A stretch of 64,000 bases of DNA from NCBI GenBank assembly GCA_036266715.1, contig DATAXS010000006.1, forward strand, positions 1,757 to 65,756. Direction: 5' to 3'. The notes beneath the pieces were generated by a model that saw only the letters and a list, made by a program, of their open reading frames with translations, had not been told where the DNA came from and ran no database searches. Origin of the DNA: Minisyncoccota bacterium. GTDB lineage: Bacteria > Patescibacteriota > Minisyncoccia > UBA6257 > 2-01-FULL-56-20. A program made the translations under genes and the position numbers. Shown piece after piece: positions 39,631-47,881 of the stretch. Positions within the stretch are counted from its first letter, which is position 1. Every line of letters starts with the position of its first letter.

Positions 39631-39896
39631 GTCGATCAGGTATTTGCTGGCGACGCTTAATGCAAATGAAGGCAATATAATAAAAACGGTCGCGAAGAGG
39701 AGTTTCATAAGCGTAGTATGTAAATCTGAACTGTTTGCATCCCCTCCGTCAGGCAGTGTCAAAATGAATAAAATTCCTATAATGCCAAAAACGATTGAAG
39801 CATAGACAAATATGCGTGTAGCAATTTTTTGCATAGCTGTAGTATATCAATTATAAAGCCAACCGGCAATTATGGGTTTGAGTCTCATTCTCGTTC

Positions 39897-39928
39897 GTTG
39901 CTCCGGCGGGTGGGGGGGGAGTGAGAAG
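39897..39928 (+). repeat. copy 2 of motif family, containing a G8 homopolymer tract next to an ATG
   Basis: gttgctccggcgggtggggggggagtgagaag then ATG. Confidence 0.4.
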
Positions 39929-39988
39929 ATGGCTAAGATAAAGAAGCGGCCCGCAAGGTTTGAACCTTGGACGGGCCGTGGACCGAAT

Positions 39989-40255
39989 TTATGTTTTCTC
40001 CCGGAAAAGGACCTTCGTCAAAGCATCCAGGAGCCGTGCGGAGATCCCGAACCTGCCGTGGATCTTTGCGCCGTTGGCAGATTTCGCCACACGCGCCATC
40101 TTTTCTTCGGAGAGCCCTTCGTGGAGAAGAGCTTTCCGAACGTCCTCATCGGGGAATGGATGTGCGTAATGCGCATGCGGATGACGTTTGCCGTACTGTC
40201 GGAGGATCTCAACGATGTTCAAAAAGTGATGAGAAGTAACTCCATGATGTGACAT
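39989..40255 (-). CDS. hypothetical His-rich small protein (88 aa)
   Basis: ORF overlaps an alternative 126-aa plus-strand ORF (39872..40252). The minus frame has a more protein-like composition. Uncertain. Confidence 0.3.
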   Translation of the reverse strand: MSHHGVTSHHFLNIVEILRQYGKRHPHAHYAHPFPDEDVRKALLHEGLSEEKMARVAKSANGAKIHGRFGISARLLDALTKVLFREKT

Positions 40256-40326
40256 TAATGACCTCCTGGGACATCATGCTGTAAATAAAATAAAACTTCA
40301 TTTCATTTTTGTCCAGTTTTGGAGCA

Positions 40327-40366
40327 TTTGCTCCGGCGGTTGGAGGACGTCAGAACTTATTTAACC
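40327..40366 (+). repeat. copy 3 of motif family, ~40 nt upstream of surface-protein gene
   Basis: tttgctccggcggttggaggacgtcagaacttatttaacc. Confidence 0.45.
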
Positions 40367-40403
40367 GTTTGAGAGGCTCACTTTGGTATCATTCATATAT
40401 ATC

Positions 40404-40679
40404 ATGGCCCGCTTTTCTCGCGCACTATTTTTTGGCATAATAGCGGTTTCCGTCGGCGCGATTTTTGTGCACGCTTCCGCGTATACCTTTAGCCACGATC
40501 TAAAATACGGTGACACGGAAGTCGATGTATCATATCTCCAGGATTTTCTTACGGATCAAGGATATTTCCACCATTCAATCACGGATTATTATGGGCCAAT
40601 CACGCTCGCCGCGGTGAAGACATGGCAAACGGCATTCCTTCCACGGGATATTTTGGGCCGATCAGCAGGGCATTCGTAG
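40404..40679 (+). CDS. N-terminal fragment (signal anchor plus start of PG-binding domain) of frameshifted surface protein
   Basis: MARFSRALFFGIIAVSVGAIFVHA signal/anchor. LQDFLTDQGYF...YYGPITLAAVKTWQ is the first half of a PG_binding_1 domain that continues in the next ORF in another frame. Confidence 0.4.
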   Translation: MARFSRALFFGIIAVSVGAIFVHASAYTFSHDLKYGDTEVDVSYLQDFLTDQGYFHHSITDYYGPITLAAVKTWQTAFLPRDILGRSAGHS

Positions 40680-41986
40680 CGGCAGGGAATGGTATGGTGT
40701 CTCTTCCGACAACCGATGATTCTCCGTCCTCAGCATCGGGACCAATACTAATGTTCAATGGCGTTCCTCTCGCCGATATCGGCCTTGGGCCCAAGTTTGT
40801 GGTGAATGGCGGCGGCAACGGGCCTTGCGGCGGGAGCTGCGGTGATCAATCGAATAACAGCAACAGCACGCCCCCCGCAATTTCTGTTTCGGTGATTCCT
40901 TCCGCTACGACGACGCTCTCGGGGGCCACAACCACTTTTACCGCAACGGTTGCGAATACTTCCGATCAAACCGTCACGTGGTCGGCAACGCTTGGCGTGA
41001 TCGACGCATCGTCGGGCGCCTATATAGCTCCTACTGCCTTTGCGACGACCACGGACACGGTAACCGCGCGCTCGAACGCGGACAATACGAAAACGGATAC
41101 TGCAACGGTGACGATTAATCCGGTCCCCGTGACCATTTCGATTTCGCCCACGTCGACCTCGGTCATGTCTGATGGATCAATCAGTTTTAATGCGACTGTC
41201 ACGAATGGTTCCACGAGCACGGTGAACTGGAGCGCAGCGCTCGGCACCATCAATGCGTCGGGTACATATACTGCGCCTACACTCAGTTCGTCCACATTTT
41301 CCGCGACGGACACGGTAACCGCCGTGAGCGTGGCTGATAATACAAAGGTTGCGACCGCAACTGTTTCGATCACGAACGCGTTGACCGATTGGTGGAAACT
41401 TGATGAGGGGACCGGGACGGTCGCGATCGACAGCATGAATAGTGCCCATAACGGCAACTGGCATGGCACAGAGGCTGGTACGGCCGGGTATTATGGCGCC
41501 GCGCGTCCATCTTCAACGCTCGCATTCTCCGGCATCTTCGATGGTACGAACGACTACATTGACCCAAGTCTGACGGTCGACTATACGACGACATTGTCCT
41601 TTACCTGGAGTATTTGGATGGACTTGAGCTCGAGCATCCAGCCCGACAACGTTATTCTTGGCGACCGGCTCAATCCGCTTTGGGTCAAGCTCACACCAAC
41701 TGCGTTTGAATATTACAATGGCGCACTCATCCACAATACTATTCCCACCGGCCAGTGGGCGTACATCGCCGTCGTAAAATCCGGCACGAGCTTCTACTAT
41801 TATCAAAACGGGACGCTGGAAGGCTCGGCATCATCGACTGATGTTCCGGGGGATCTCAATTTCTTTATCGGCACCGATCCTAATTCAAATGGAGATGGTT
41901 ATACATGGGGGTCTTTGAGCGATGTGAGGATCTATAGCACCGCACTTTCACAGGCACAAGTGCAGGCGATATACAATGGAAACTAA
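40622..41986 (+). CDS. surface protein body: rest of PG-binding domain, Big_2-like Ig repeats, C-terminal LamG/concanavalin-like domain. Apparent -1 frameshift relative to the upstream fragment.
   Basis: (M)ANGIPSTGYFGPISRAFV completes the PG-binding motif. VTWSATLGVIDASSGAYIAPT occurs three times (Big_2-like). C-terminal W.LDEGTGT...NGNWHG...FDGTNDYI...IYNGN matches LamG_3. Confidence 0.55.
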   Translation: MANGIPSTGYFGPISRAFVAAGNGMVSLPTTDDSPSSASGPILMFNGVPLADIGLGPKFVVNGGGNGPCGGSCGDQSNNSNSTPPAISVSVIPSATTTLSGATTTFTATVANTSDQTVTWSATLGVIDASSGAYIAPTAFATTTDTVTARSNADNTKTDTATVTINPVPVTISISPTSTSVMSDGSISFNATVTNGSTSTVNWSAALGTINASGTYTAPTLSSSTFSATDTVTAVSVADNTKVATATVSITNALTDWWKLDEGTGTVAIDSMNSAHNGNWHGTEAGTAGYYGAARPSSTLAFSGIFDGTNDYIDPSLTVDYTTTLSFTWSIWMDLSSSIQPDNVILGDRLNPLWVKLTPTAFEYYNGALIHNTIPTGQWAYIAVVKSGTSFYYYQNGTLEGSASSTDVPGDLNFFIGTDPNSNGDGYTWGSLSDVRIYSTALSQAQVQAIYNGN

Positions 41987-41992
41987 ACAAAA

Positions 41993-42030
41993 CCGCTAGT
42001 GGATGACGTCAGAACCTGTCTTTCTTTACA
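41993..42030 (+). repeat. copy 4 of motif family, immediately after the surface-protein stop
   Basis: ccgctagtggatgacgtcagaacctgtctttc. Contains the palindrome TGACGTCA. Confidence 0.4.
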
Positions 42031-42095
42031 GCTTTCTCGATAAACCTGGGATTCCCCGCCGCCGGTCGCAGGTACTGACCAGTTCGAGTTTTTTC

Positions 42096-42124
42096 TTGAC
42101 AAAGTTATTCTCGGTAGGTAATGT
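42096..42124 (+). promoter_or_regulatory. sigma70-type promoter upstream of sigma-factor gene
   Basis: TTGACA - 17 nt - TAATGT. Confidence 0.45.
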
Positions 42125-42205
42125 GATGTGAGCATTCAGGATTTCGTAGCACCCACGCAGTCCGTTTTACATTTTTATCTCGCCCCGCGGGGCAAGGAGG
42201 TTCAC

Positions 42206-42925
42206 ATGGTAGCATCGGCTCAAGTAATATCGTCCGACATGATGAATGACCTGCCCGATGCGGAGCTCGTCGCGCTTCTCAAGGCAGGGAACAAGGACGC
42301 AATGACCCCTCTTTTCCGCCGCTATCGACGGCTTCTCCTCGCTATCGCGGGAAGAATTCTTTGGAACTATCCCGAAGGAGAGGCAGAAGAACTTGTCCAG
42401 GAAATATTCCTCGAGTTCTGGATCAAGATCGAGCGTTTCGATCCCACACGCAGCACCACAAAGGCTTGGCTTATGAAGCTCGCGTACAGCCGTAGCTTTG
42501 ATCGCGCAAAATTTCTCAAGTGTCATTTCGGCGGGCGTCAAAAAGTGTTTTCGGAGGACACTCTCCCCGATCCTCTGCGTCCGCACGAAAAAACGCAGCA
42601 GGAAGTGGAGGACGACGAACTCGCGCGGACAGACCAGGACAAAGAGGAAGTTATCCTGATTGCGTTCGAGCAGTTGAAAGTGGCGGGAGCAAAGAGAGAC
42701 ACCTTGGATCTGCAGATACGGTGCATGAAAATGGTGTTTTTTGAGAATCTCCCGATCAGGGAAGTCGCGAAGAGGATCAACGAATCCTACGGGCAAACGA
42801 GGAATCACTACTACCGGGGGTTGAAGTTGCTGCGTTCCACGGTGGAAAAGATCCTTGAAGAGAGGGCGGGAGCTCGACTAAAGAAACGTATTGTAGCATC
42901 TATGAACAGTAATGGTGCGCAGTGA
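42206..42925 (+). CDS. sigma-70 family RNA polymerase sigma factor (ECF-like, regions 2 and 4)
   Basis: AAGGAGG RBS 6 nt upstream. Region 2 ELVQEIFLEFWIKIERFDP...AWLMKLAYSRSFD. Region 4 HTH (LPIREVAKRINESYGQTRNHYYRGLKLL). Confidence 0.75.
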   Translation: MVASAQVISSDMMNDLPDAELVALLKAGNKDAMTPLFRRYRRLLLAIAGRILWNYPEGEAEELVQEIFLEFWIKIERFDPTRSTTKAWLMKLAYSRSFDRAKFLKCHFGGRQKVFSEDTLPDPLRPHEKTQQEVEDDELARTDQDKEEVILIAFEQLKVAGAKRDTLDLQIRCMKMVFFENLPIREVAKRINESYGQTRNHYYRGLKLLRSTVEKILEERAGARLKKRIVASMNSNGAQ

Positions 42926-42941
42926 AAAATCACAATAACCC

Positions 42942-42974
42942 GGGCGGCGCGAAAATCTCGTGCCGCCCTTTTTT
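42942..42974 (+). terminator. rho-independent terminator after sigma-factor gene
   Basis: gggcggcgc / gtgccgccc 9-bp stem, followed by TTTTTT. Confidence 0.6.
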
Positions 42975-42995
42975 GGCCAGGGTGTTTATCAAGTG

Positions 42996-43067
42996 CTCCG
43001 GCGCCAGGATTCGAACCTGGAACCTTATCCTTAACAGGGATTTGCTCTACCGTTGAGCTACGCCGGA
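42996..43067 (-). tRNA. tRNA-Asn (anticodon GUU)
   Basis: Reverse complement is UCCGGCG-UA-GCUC-AACGGUA-GAGC-A-AAUCC-CUGUUAA-GGAUA-AGGUU-CCAGG-UUCGAAU-CCUGG-CGCCGGA-G. Full cloverleaf with T-loop UUCGAAU and discriminator G. CCA is not encoded. Confidence 0.8.
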
Positions 43068-43128
43068 ATTACCGAAGAACACGAAGACAGTTTACTACAG
43101 CGCGGGAAGGATTTCAAATTTAAAAAAC

Positions 43129-43809
43129 CTACCCCTGCGTGCCCGGGAGCGCCACGTCCACGCCGCCCGTGGTGCTTGTTGCGGCGGTGAAGAAGACGTT
43201 GGACGAGCCGCCGGTCGTCACAAGGAAGGGCGAGGGGATGGTGGCAGCAATCGGGAAGATGAGCGACTCGCTGTAGGTGGCTCCCGGCGTGCCCATGCAC
43301 GTGCCCGTGTCGGGGAAGCTGAAGTTCGGCCCTGCGGGAGAGCTCGGCGACTCCTGCGTTCCCGATTCATCCACGATGAGGCGCATGTTGTCCGGCACGC
43401 AGTCGGTGCTCGCGCTGCCGATCTGTACCGAGATAGTGAGCGTGAGCTCGCCTTCTGCGTAGGACGCGCCCGTGACCGCAAAGGATTCGCCGCCCTCATT
43501 CCACATGACGGGATAAGGCGCGGTGTAGCTTGTGGCGTAGGTGCCCGGTGCGGTTGCGGTCACGGTGGAGGTGGCGCTTGACGAAGACGCCGTGCCCGTG
43601 GGCAACGTGATGAACGTGGAAGAGGCGCCGCCGAGGGTGGACGTGGGGAGCGAGGCAAACGTGGTGCCGTTATCGCCCTGGACCACGACCGGCGTATAGC
43701 CACCCGTGGGGAAGAAGACCACGAGATACGCCAAGATGCCGAGCGCGAGCGCGGCTGAGGAGAGGATGATGAGCGTTTTTTTGAGCCCTTCGGCCGAAGG
43801 TGCTTTCAT
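43129..43809 (-). CDS. secreted hypothetical protein (Ser/Thr-rich)
   Basis: Signal/anchor MKAPSAEGLKKTLIILSSAALALGILAYLVVF. Low-complexity S/T-rich mature region. Confidence 0.45.
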   Translation of the reverse strand: MKAPSAEGLKKTLIILSSAALALGILAYLVVFFPTGGYTPVVVQGDNGTTFASLPTSTLGGASSTFITLPTGTASSSSATSTVTATAPGTYATSYTAPYPVMWNEGGESFAVTGASYAEGELTLTISVQIGSASTDCVPDNMRLIVDESGTQESPSSPAGPNFSFPDTGTCMGTPGATYSESLIFPIAATIPSPFLVTTGGSSNVFFTAATSTTGGVDVALPGTQG

Positions 43810-43823
43810 AGAGCGGTAAAAAC

Positions 43824-44861
43824 TTATTCCTCCGTGGCGGACTTTGCGCTTTCCTTGCCGTGCGGCTTTTGCGCGCCGCCCTTGCCCATTGCGTGCGAGT
43901 CCACTTCGTAGCTCGTGTTCTGCGCTTCAAAGAAATTGACGAGCTCAAAGACATCGGTTGCGCCGCTCATCCACTTTGCCGGGTTCTTGGCGCCATAGTG
44001 CGCCTTCATGCCGAGTTCTTCCAGGCGGCGGTCGGCCACGTACTGCACATATTGGTTTACGTAATCGGCGTTCAAGCCGAGGATGCCGCGCGGGAAAAGA
44101 TCTTTGTTGTAGGCATTCTCAAGGTCAACGCCTTCAATGATGATATTGCGGATCTCGTCGGCGAAGTCCTTCGTGAGCAGGTCGGGATTTTCTTCCAGAA
44201 TGTTCTGGATGAGGTTCATGCCGAACTTGAGGTGGAGCGATTCGTCGCGGATGACCCAGTTGATCATGGAACCGAAGTTGCGGAGCTGGTTCCGCTGGCG
44301 GAACGAGAGCACCACCATGAAGCCGCTGTAAAACCAGATGCCTTCCATGACGAGATTTGTGGCCACAAGGTTGCGGATGAAATCCTTTTTGCCTTCGGTG
44401 GAGGCAATATCAAGCGTGTCTTCCGTCATGCGCTTCATGTAGCGGTTGATGTAGTTTTCCTTCGCCTTCATGGACGGCGTTTCAAGGTGGAGATTAAACA
44501 CGTTCGTGCGGTCCAAGGGGAAGGTTTCCAAAACATATTCAAACGCCACGCAGTGGTTGGCCTCTTCCCACATCTGCTTTGCAAGATAGAGGTGGCACTC
44601 GGGGGACTTGAGGTAGGGATAAATGCCGAGCGCAATGGAGCGGTTCACGATGAGCTCGCCCGGATTAAAGAACGCCATCAGGAACTTTACGGCGTGGCGT
44701 TCGTCTTCCGTCATCTTTTCCCAGTCGTAGAGATCTTCTTTGAGCGCGATCTCGTGCGGGAACCACGTGTTGCGAACCGCCTGCTGGTAGAGGTCATACG
44801 CCCACTGATATTGAATTGGATGGAGGTTCATGTCCTCCGGGGAGGCTTTTCCTATCAACAT
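43824..44861 (-). CDS. nrdB: ribonucleotide reductase class I small subunit (R2)
   Basis: Ferritin-like diiron motifs: EEANHCVAFEY, ...DESLH..., and the C-terminal tail. Confidence 0.85.
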   Translation of the reverse strand: MLIGKASPEDMNLHPIQYQWAYDLYQQAVRNTWFPHEIALKEDLYDWEKMTEDERHAVKFLMAFFNPGELIVNRSIALGIYPYLKSPECHLYLAKQMWEEANHCVAFEYVLETFPLDRTNVFNLHLETPSMKAKENYINRYMKRMTEDTLDIASTEGKKDFIRNLVATNLVMEGIWFYSGFMVVLSFRQRNQLRNFGSMINWVIRDESLHLKFGMNLIQNILEENPDLLTKDFADEIRNIIIEGVDLENAYNKDLFPRGILGLNADYVNQYVQYVADRRLEELGMKAHYGAKNPAKWMSGATDVFELVNFFEAQNTSYEVDSHAMGKGGAQKPHGKESAKSATEE

Positions 44862-44903
44862 AGTACATCTATTATACGCGACGAAGTGGCAAGGTCAACC
44901 GCC

Positions 44904-47591
44904 TTATTGGCAACTGTCGCAGAGATTGTCCAACATAGGGTCGGACGGCGGGAGGATCTTGAACTCCGCCTGTGGTTGCGGTGTCTGAATCTTTCTTTCT
45001 ACCTGCTCCATTTGCCTCGGGGCGAGTGCGGGAGTGATGCGTAGTTCTTCGGGAAGGCTGGCCTTTGCCATGAATGGCGTAGCCGTCGCGCCGGAAGTGT
45101 CTGCTTTTGCGAATGCGGCCATAGCTTCTGATTTTGCAACGGGAGAGGATACTTCCACGCGCACCTCTTCGTTCATGGATGCCGCCATGGAGACCGGTTC
45201 GGTGACTCCTGATTCCAAGACCGCGGCAAATCCGCGCTTGCCGAGTTTTTCCGCTTTGTTCACGCGCACGGTGCTTTGCTCGGCCGTGTGGCGCGGCTTC
45301 ATGTGCAGGTAGTAGGTGCTCTTCAATCCTTTTTTCCACGCGTTCATGTAGATGTTCATCGTTTCGTCTATGTCGCGCGTTTCAAGGTACATGTTGCGGG
45401 AGAGCGCCTGGTCAACCCATTTCTGCGCGCGGGCGGCGACTTCAATGAATGCGTAGGGAGAAGTGCTGAAAGAAGTTTTGTATACCGCCTTGATGTGGTC
45501 CGGGATCTCATCAAGGTTCGCAATGTCGCCCTGCTCGGCGATTATCTTCTCGCGCACCTTTTCCCAGATACCCATGTTTTTGAGGTCGTTCACGAGATTG
45601 TGGTTGAGGTCAAGATACTTCCCGGAGATCTTGTTGCGGGAAAAGACCTGCGCGAAGCGGGGATCAATGCCGGGCGTTGTGCCCGCCACAAGGCCGATGT
45701 TTGCGTTCGGCGCCACGGCCATGAGCGTCGCGTTCCGCATCCCTTTCTTTGCCTTGGCGCGGAGACCTTCCCAATTCAATCCTTTGTAGTGGCTCGTCTT
45801 GTCGAGATCGAGCGGTTCGCGACGGTCCGCTTCCAAAACTTTTATGGTGTCCATCGGTACCATGCCCTTGGACCAGCCGGAACCGTTAAAGTTGGCGTAG
45901 CTCCCGCGTTCTTGCGCAAGGTTCGCGCTCTCGTCTATCGCCACGTAGCTCACGAATTCAAATATCCTGTCGGCGAAGTCCCATGCGTGCACGCTGTCAT
46001 ACGCCATGCCGAGCTGTTCCAAAACGTCGGCAAAGCCCATGATGCCCATGCCGATCGCGCGGTTCGCCTGGTCTGAGTGCGTCGCTTCGGGGATGGGGAG
46101 AATATTGATATCAATAAGGTTGTCCAACTGCCGGACGGCAAAGCGGACGCTTTCTTCCAGCCGTTCCCAGTTCATTTGCTTGTGATTCAGGTGCGCGGCA
46201 AGGTTCAAAGAGGCGAGGTTGCATACGGCGATATTGTCCTTGTCTTGGGGGAGCATGATCTCTGTGCAGAGGTTGGACATGTGGATGGTGCCCGTATTGT
46301 TATTGAGCGCGCGGAGGTTCGCGGAATCCTTCCAGGTGAGCCAGGGGTGCGACGTGGACTGCAATGCGGCAAGGATCTGGCGGTACTGCTCTTCCGCGGG
46401 AACCTTTTTGAAGACCCGGAGCTCGCCTGCCTCCGCCATCTTTATATATTCCGCATAGCGCTCGCTAAACTTTCTACCATAGAGCTCCACGAGGTCGGGT
46501 GTTTCCTTGGGGTCAAACATGTACCACGTCTCGTGGTTTTCCACGCGGCGCATGAACTCGTCCGTCATAAAGACCGACGTGTCGGCCGTGCGCATGCGGA
46601 GGTAATCGTCGCCCGCATTGTGCTTCCAATCAATGAACTCGGGGAAATCAATATGCCAGTTCTCCATGTAGAAACAGAGCGCGCCTTTTTTCTTTCCGCC
46701 GCGTTGGACGGCGCGGATGGCGGTATCAATTATTTTTGCAAAAGGCGTGGGGCCGCTGGACGGAGTGTTGTTGGAAGAAAGGGGAGAACCCGTGGCGCGG
46801 AGCTTGGTGACCGAGGCGCCGATGCCGCCGGACGCTTTGGAAAGCATGATCACATCCGCAACGGTCTTTGCGATGTGGGTCATGTCGTCTTCGATCTGAA
46901 TAAGAAAGCAGTTGGACAAGCTCGGACGCGTGGTGCCCGCACCGATATTGGTGGAGCCGCCCGGAACATATTCCAATCGCGACATTTTGTCGTAGAAGCG
47001 CTTCGCCCAGAGCGTAGGAGTTTTTTCGTTGTAGGAAAGTCCCATCGCGCAGCGCATGAAGAAATATTGCGGCGTCTCCGCGGCTTCCTCGCCCTTGCCC
47101 TTCAGTGAATAGCGGTGGAGGAGCGTGGAGAGTCCGCTGTAGACGAAAAGTTCGTCGCGTTCAATGTCCATGGCGGTCGCGAGTTCCTTCAAATTGAACT
47201 TTTCAAGCATCCGGGGGTCAAGCAATCCGTTTTCTACGCCGCGCTTTACCCAATTAGGGAACTCATCGCGGTGCTTCTTGCGCAAATTCTCATCGCGGTT
47301 GTTGTATTCGCCCAAAACCTTCTTATATACGGTCTTCAAAAGGAGCCGCGTGGCCACTTTATCGTACGCAATATCCTCTTTTATGTTCTGGACGGCGGCA
47401 TTGATGGTCGCCTGGTCCATTTCCTCGGTCGTAATGCCATCGTAGAGCGTGAGGCGCGTCTCCGTCGCGATCTGCGTCACCATACTGATGGGGTCCTCGA
47501 GTCCCTGGCACGCGCGTTCAATGGAGCGGTTGATGAGGTCCGCGTTAAAAGGTTCTTTGGTGCCGTCGCGCTTGGTGATGGTGAGCTCCAT
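44904..47591 (-). CDS. nrdA: ribonucleoside-diphosphate reductase class I alpha subunit with ATP-cone and ~100-aa C-terminal extension ending in a Cys pair
   Basis: N-terminal ATP-cone (MELTITKRDGTKEPFNADLINRSIERA). Catalytic NLCTEI motif and SNLCxE. C-terminal ...CDSCQ. Confidence 0.9.
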   Translation of the reverse strand: MELTITKRDGTKEPFNADLINRSIERACQGLEDPISMVTQIATETRLTLYDGITTEEMDQATINAAVQNIKEDIAYDKVATRLLLKTVYKKVLGEYNNRDENLRKKHRDEFPNWVKRGVENGLLDPRMLEKFNLKELATAMDIERDELFVYSGLSTLLHRYSLKGKGEEAAETPQYFFMRCAMGLSYNEKTPTLWAKRFYDKMSRLEYVPGGSTNIGAGTTRPSLSNCFLIQIEDDMTHIAKTVADVIMLSKASGGIGASVTKLRATGSPLSSNNTPSSGPTPFAKIIDTAIRAVQRGGKKKGALCFYMENWHIDFPEFIDWKHNAGDDYLRMRTADTSVFMTDEFMRRVENHETWYMFDPKETPDLVELYGRKFSERYAEYIKMAEAGELRVFKKVPAEEQYRQILAALQSTSHPWLTWKDSANLRALNNNTGTIHMSNLCTEIMLPQDKDNIAVCNLASLNLAAHLNHKQMNWERLEESVRFAVRQLDNLIDINILPIPEATHSDQANRAIGMGIMGFADVLEQLGMAYDSVHAWDFADRIFEFVSYVAIDESANLAQERGSYANFNGSGWSKGMVPMDTIKVLEADRREPLDLDKTSHYKGLNWEGLRAKAKKGMRNATLMAVAPNANIGLVAGTTPGIDPRFAQVFSRNKISGKYLDLNHNLVNDLKNMGIWEKVREKIIAEQGDIANLDEIPDHIKAVYKTSFSTSPYAFIEVAARAQKWVDQALSRNMYLETRDIDETMNIYMNAWKKGLKSTYYLHMKPRHTAEQSTVRVNKAEKLGKRGFAAVLESGVTEPVSMAASMNEEVRVEVSSPVAKSEAMAAFAKADTSGATATPFMAKASLPEELRITPALAPRQMEQVERKIQTPQPQAEFKILPPSDPMLDNLCDSCQ

Positions 47592-47881
47592 AGGTTTATT
47601 TTTATTTAATGTTTTCCGGGTACGTTCAGTATATCACTCGGATATATTAAAAAATCGTGAAAACTGTGCATATCTTTTATTTTTTGGGCGCATATTTGGC
47701 ACGTGCGGAAAACCCGCGATTTTGCGCAGAAAAAAGGTGCGAAACGCATTACGAGAGTGATTTTTTGTGACAAAGGCAAGGGCTTCGGGACTTGACTCCG
47801 TATTGCGCGGCGCTTTTTAAGATAGTTTTAATGGCCGATGTGCTATGGTTGCTCTGCGCGAAAAAGAAAATCGGCGCGCAC

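Noticed and set aside
39872-40252. 126-aa plus-strand ORF preceded by the G8 tract
   Set aside because: Odd Cys/Trp/Met-rich composition. Overlaps a more protein-like minus-strand ORF. Neither is confidently coding. I kept the minus-strand ORF at low confidence.
47592-47791. NrdR boxes upstream of nrdA
   Set aside because: AT-rich palindromic fragments such as cagtatatcactc are present, but there is no convincing pair of 16-bp NrdR boxes at the usual spacing.
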